Shown here: piece after piece, positions 60,538 to 64,000 of the stretch
How positions within the stretch are numbered: the stretch's first letter is position 1
Layout of the letters: each line of letters begins with the position of its first letter
Source of the DNA: Macrostomum hystrix
Taxonomy: Eukaryota > Animalia > Platyhelminthes
Direction: 5' to 3'
DNA: 64,000 nt
Assembly: GCA_950097015.1 (NCBI GenBank)
Contig: CATNEN010000015.1
Coordinates: 1,054,001 to 1,118,000, forward strand
The notes under the pieces: model-generated
Told to the model about the DNA's origin: nothing
Database searches by the model: none
What the model saw: the letters and a program-made list of their open reading frames with translations, nothing else
Program-made: the position numbers and the translations under genes

Positions 60538-61845
60538 CTTACCGCAGCGATCCCAGCAGCCGTAGCTCCAGTGAGCGGCTGCAGCGAGCCGCCGGCCGCA
60601 GCCCCGGCTGCAGTGGTGGAGCCGGAGGAGCCAGACTTCACCAGCGCGGTGCCCGACAGGCTGAAGTGTCCGATCTGTCTGGGCCATCTCAAAGCCCCGC
60701 TGCAAACCTGCTGCGGCCACCGCTTCTGCCGCGGCTGCTTTTTCTCGGCTGCGGCAGCCACAGTCAGCACCCCGTCAGCTGCGTCGGCAGTTCAGCATCC
60801 CCAGCTGCACCATCACCAGCACCAATTCCAGCAGCCCTTGCCAGCCACTGCCGCAGCCGCAGCCGCCGCAGCAGCTGCCGTGCCCTCCTCGATACTCAGC
60901 ACCCGCCGGGCATGTCCGCTGTGTCGCTCGCCGATTCTCGACGTCGGACCGTCTGCCGCCGGTCGCGGTGGCCTGACAGCTGGCGTATTCAACGATCTGG
61001 CCACTGAACGAGAAGTTCAACAGCTAACTGTGCGCTGCCCGCGGCCCGGCTGTGATGCCACCATGGAGCTGGGCGGACTGAGAGCTCACCTGTCCAGCAA
61101 CTGCCAGTTTGTGGAGGAGACCTGCCCAGAGCAGTGCCAGGTAATAAATGCACTTATTTCACACTTCATTGTCAATTGCACACTGCCGCCAATGTACACT
61201 TACTGAATAAACATTGTCAAGTACATACACCGAATGTACATTGCCCCAGATGTACACTGACCCGAACCCAACCTCTGTCTCCGGCAGTCGCGCGTCCGCC
61301 GCTGCGACCTGGCCGCTCACCGCGCCGCCTGCCGCGACCGCCAAGTGGCCTGCCTATTCTGCTCCACCTGTGTGCCCTATCGCCAGCTGAACTTTCACTA
61401 CCTGTTCGGCTGCTCCAACTTCCCCATGCCCTGCCCGCACCGCTGCGGCCGCGTGCTGGCCGGCCACCAGCGCCTTCAGGAACACCTGGACCGCGCCTGC
61501 CCGCTCACCCTCGTCCTCTGCCCGTTCGCCAGCTTCGGCTGCGCCGCGGCGAGCCGGCATCGGCGGGACCTCGGCCGCCACGTGGCTGAGGCGCACAGCT
61601 ATCACTTGCAGTTGCTATGGCAGCAGCAGCAGCAGCAGCAAGTGCAGCCTCTACAACAGCAGCAACAGCAGCAGCAGCGAGCCACCACTGCTGATTTGAA
61701 TTGCATGCTGGACAAGCTGGTGGTGAACCTTCAACAACAGCCACTTCCATCGCAGCAGCAGCAGCAGCAGCTGTTTGCTGCTCAGCAGCAGCAAGCCCTG
61801 AGAAATCTGCTCTACCAGCAGCAGCAGTTCCAGCCAAGGCGTTGA
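60538..61845 (+). CDS. TRAF: TRAF-family-like protein: RING finger plus TRAF-type zinc fingers and a Q-rich tail; no MATH/TRAF-C domain seen
   Basis: Exons 60538 (after CTAAC..CAG; true start unresolved)-61140 and 61288-61845. RING: CPICLGHLKAPLQTCCGHRFCRGC..CPLC. DLATEREVQQLTVRCPRPGC, CQFVEETCPEQC and CSNFPMPCPHRC..LQEHLDRACPLTLVLCPFASFGC..RRDLGRHV..HLQLL are typical of TRAF4/6-like proteins. Confidence 0.85.
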
Positions 61846-63776
61846 TCTTCATCAGATGGGATCAACTGGAATGAGGATTTAAAACTGTGCCGGGGCTGGG
61901 GATTCGCTTGCGCATTATCAATGCCAGTTTCCTTTGTTTTAGCCTGGCTTCTGTGTTGTATTTTTTATTAGTCAGCGTCAACTAGAGTTTATAGGCTTGT
62001 GTTTGCAATTTTACAGCTTTTACCTGTGCTTCAACGGATTAGCATCAACGGAGAGACGGACTGAGAATATGGACTCAATCCGATATCTGAAATCACTATC
62101 TGATCTATCTGAAAGCAATGATCAGCTCACCCAGCTAATCTCTCTCTGTCTCTCCGCCAATTATAATTGGTTGCTACGCGGTCTCCAGGACTATTGTGCA
62201 GTGTTTTGTGTCCCAACTCTGGCCAATGGTTTCCGCCTTATTTAGCTTACTCAATAGTTTTGCGGCTACTCACAGCAGGTGTTCGATTCCTCACCCTGAG
62301 CTGAGCCAGCTGCTGCTGCTGCTGTTTCTCACCTCCGCTTAGCAATCCACTTATTTACAGGCTCTGCATCACTTCATTAACTGTAGTATTAAGTAAGGCT
62401 CTATTGTTGATTTTATTGTTGCCATGCAAGACTGTCATTGCAAGCATGCTTCTTATACATTAATCTGCTGTGGTTTCCTTTAACTTGCTGATTTTAGTTG
62501 CGCAACACTTGTTTCTGAATGCCTCATAAAGTGTCTGGTTGCGCTTTCCTCTCCGTGTCTAGCTGAGTCTCAGAATGGTCTTTGTCACTCTCTATCCGCT
62601 ACCCCAGCTGCCTGCTTGGGCCTCAGGTGTTTGCGACTTTGATTAATTATCCGAATACTTTCCTTGATTATCGATTTTAGACTTTGTAGTAATGACAGTT
62701 TTATTGGAACTCGCAAACCACCCGCCTAGCCTACTTACTCCTCCATTGGTGAGTAGTGTGACGCGGCTTTTATTGTCTATTCATTCTCAGCGCGACAGAA
62801 TGGGAATCATTTTTTCACTTCGGTGCAGTGTTTCAATCAACTGTGTAGCGTCTGTCTGCTGATTAGTGACATTTTAGCCTGTGCTTTATCGATTTGACAT
62901 AAAAGTTTTACTCCATTTTACTACTTATATTAGTAGCTAACAACCTGTAAGCCGTGTGTAAATCTAGTAATTGTGTAGCTATAAACTTTTTAGGCCTTGC
63001 TTTTTTTCTTCTGGTTAGGTCTTCTGTGTGCGCAGCGATATTGTCGGTTTTGTTTTACTCAATACCTTTGTGTATTTTAACTGTCCGTTCGGAGACCTGA
63101 GAAATGAATTAGCATCATACTACTGCAGTTTGCGGTGAGTAGTAGGATAAGTGTAGCTTATCACCAGCTTTCCTCAGCGCTTTGGCAGCTGGATCAGTTT
63201 ATTGGCAGCATTGGCTTTCTGATAGACTTTGATTACTGATTTTCCACTCTACCTACTTACCTACTGAGCCTCAGTAGCGTGATGCGCGTGGTTGTCGGTT
63301 TTAATCAAGACAGTATTAGCGTCGTGAGCAGTCGATGATTTGTCAGGTAAATCAGTAAGAGGCTGATTTGTCAGGTAGCATGCACATAAAACGCGAAGAG
63401 GCATACTGGCTCGCTAGCACTTTTGTATTTGGCCAGAAACACTGGGGTGGGCGTACCCACCCCCCAATCACGCCACGCAAGCACGCACGCAGGCGTGTTA
63501 TGGTTTCATGAGTTTGCTGCTGAGTTTGGTTTCCGACACACGTGATCGTATCCAGGTTATGCGCAGTCTAATAGAATGGCTGAGAAGGCTGTCAAAGTGG
63601 CGAAGAGCATTCTGCGGTAATCGCTTCCCCTAAAAAATTCATGCTAACTCCTCGATATTTAACGCCTTTCTCTAGATAATTCAAGCAACTCAATTGATGA
63701 TAATTGTTTTTCTTCAATAAATCATGGCACATCGTCGATATTTCTAGCTTTCTCTTGGATAATCTGCTTTCCCCTC

Positions 63777-64000
63777 AACGCCCACCACACAACTGGGGGA
63801 GCTCTGACATTAACTCGAGAGGCGAGGACCTCCTTGCCTACATCTTAACCACGTACCTGGAGTTCTGCAACACAGGGAGCACCCCGACCTTTGACAATGG
63901 CCGGTGGTCTGAGGTCATCGACGCCACTCTAGCCACACCTGAGATTTACCAGAGCCTTAGGGAGTGGCAGGTTCTGCCGGAGACCTCCCTCTCCGATCAC
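63777..64000 (+). mobile_element. Non-LTR retrotransposon AP-endonuclease fragment, continuing past the window edge
   Basis: NAHHT (63777), then a 1-nt shift to WGSSDINSRGEDLLAYILTTYLEFCNTGSTPTFDNGRWSEVIDATLATPEIYQSLREWQVLPETSLSDH (63794-64000). These match the APE motifs NAH..WGS..N.RG, TPTF, IDxT and SDH. The fragment is absent from the ORF track. Confidence 0.85.

Overview
Eukaryotic (metazoan) genomic DNA with GT-AG introns, poly-Ala/Gln/Ser-rich proteins and abundant minisatellites. The style suggests a free-living flatworm such as Macrostomum; this is inference and the species is not confirmed. Six protein-coding genes were reconstructed by hand: the 3' part of a RasGRF (+, to 7332), an intronless RIM-binding-protein-like coiled-coil/FN3/SH3 gene (-, 10236-13085), a whirlin/PDZD7-family gene showing only a harmonin-N-like domain and one C-terminal PDZ (+, 17126-25381), a two-finger C2H2 protein with a PLDLS motif (-), the 10-exon nucleoporin TPR (+, 43720-58383), and a TRAF-like RING/zinc-finger gene (+, ~60.5-61.8 kb). 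RNA genes are tRNA-Val(CAC) and a 5S rRNA variant. Mobile DNA includes an IS630/Tc1-type element with ~136-bp TIRs, a degenerate mariner, two hAT MITEs with 8-bp target-site duplications, three copies of a tRNA-headed SINE-like repeat, and a LINE endonuclease fragment at the right edge. About ten tandem arrays with 16-47-bp units are present. The most striking structure is a 2.8-kb satellite whose 43-bp unit is a hAT terminal inverted repeat plus its target site plus flanking DNA. Its length fits exactly 66 units plus a 7-nt microhomology. No CRISPR or prokaryotic system is present.
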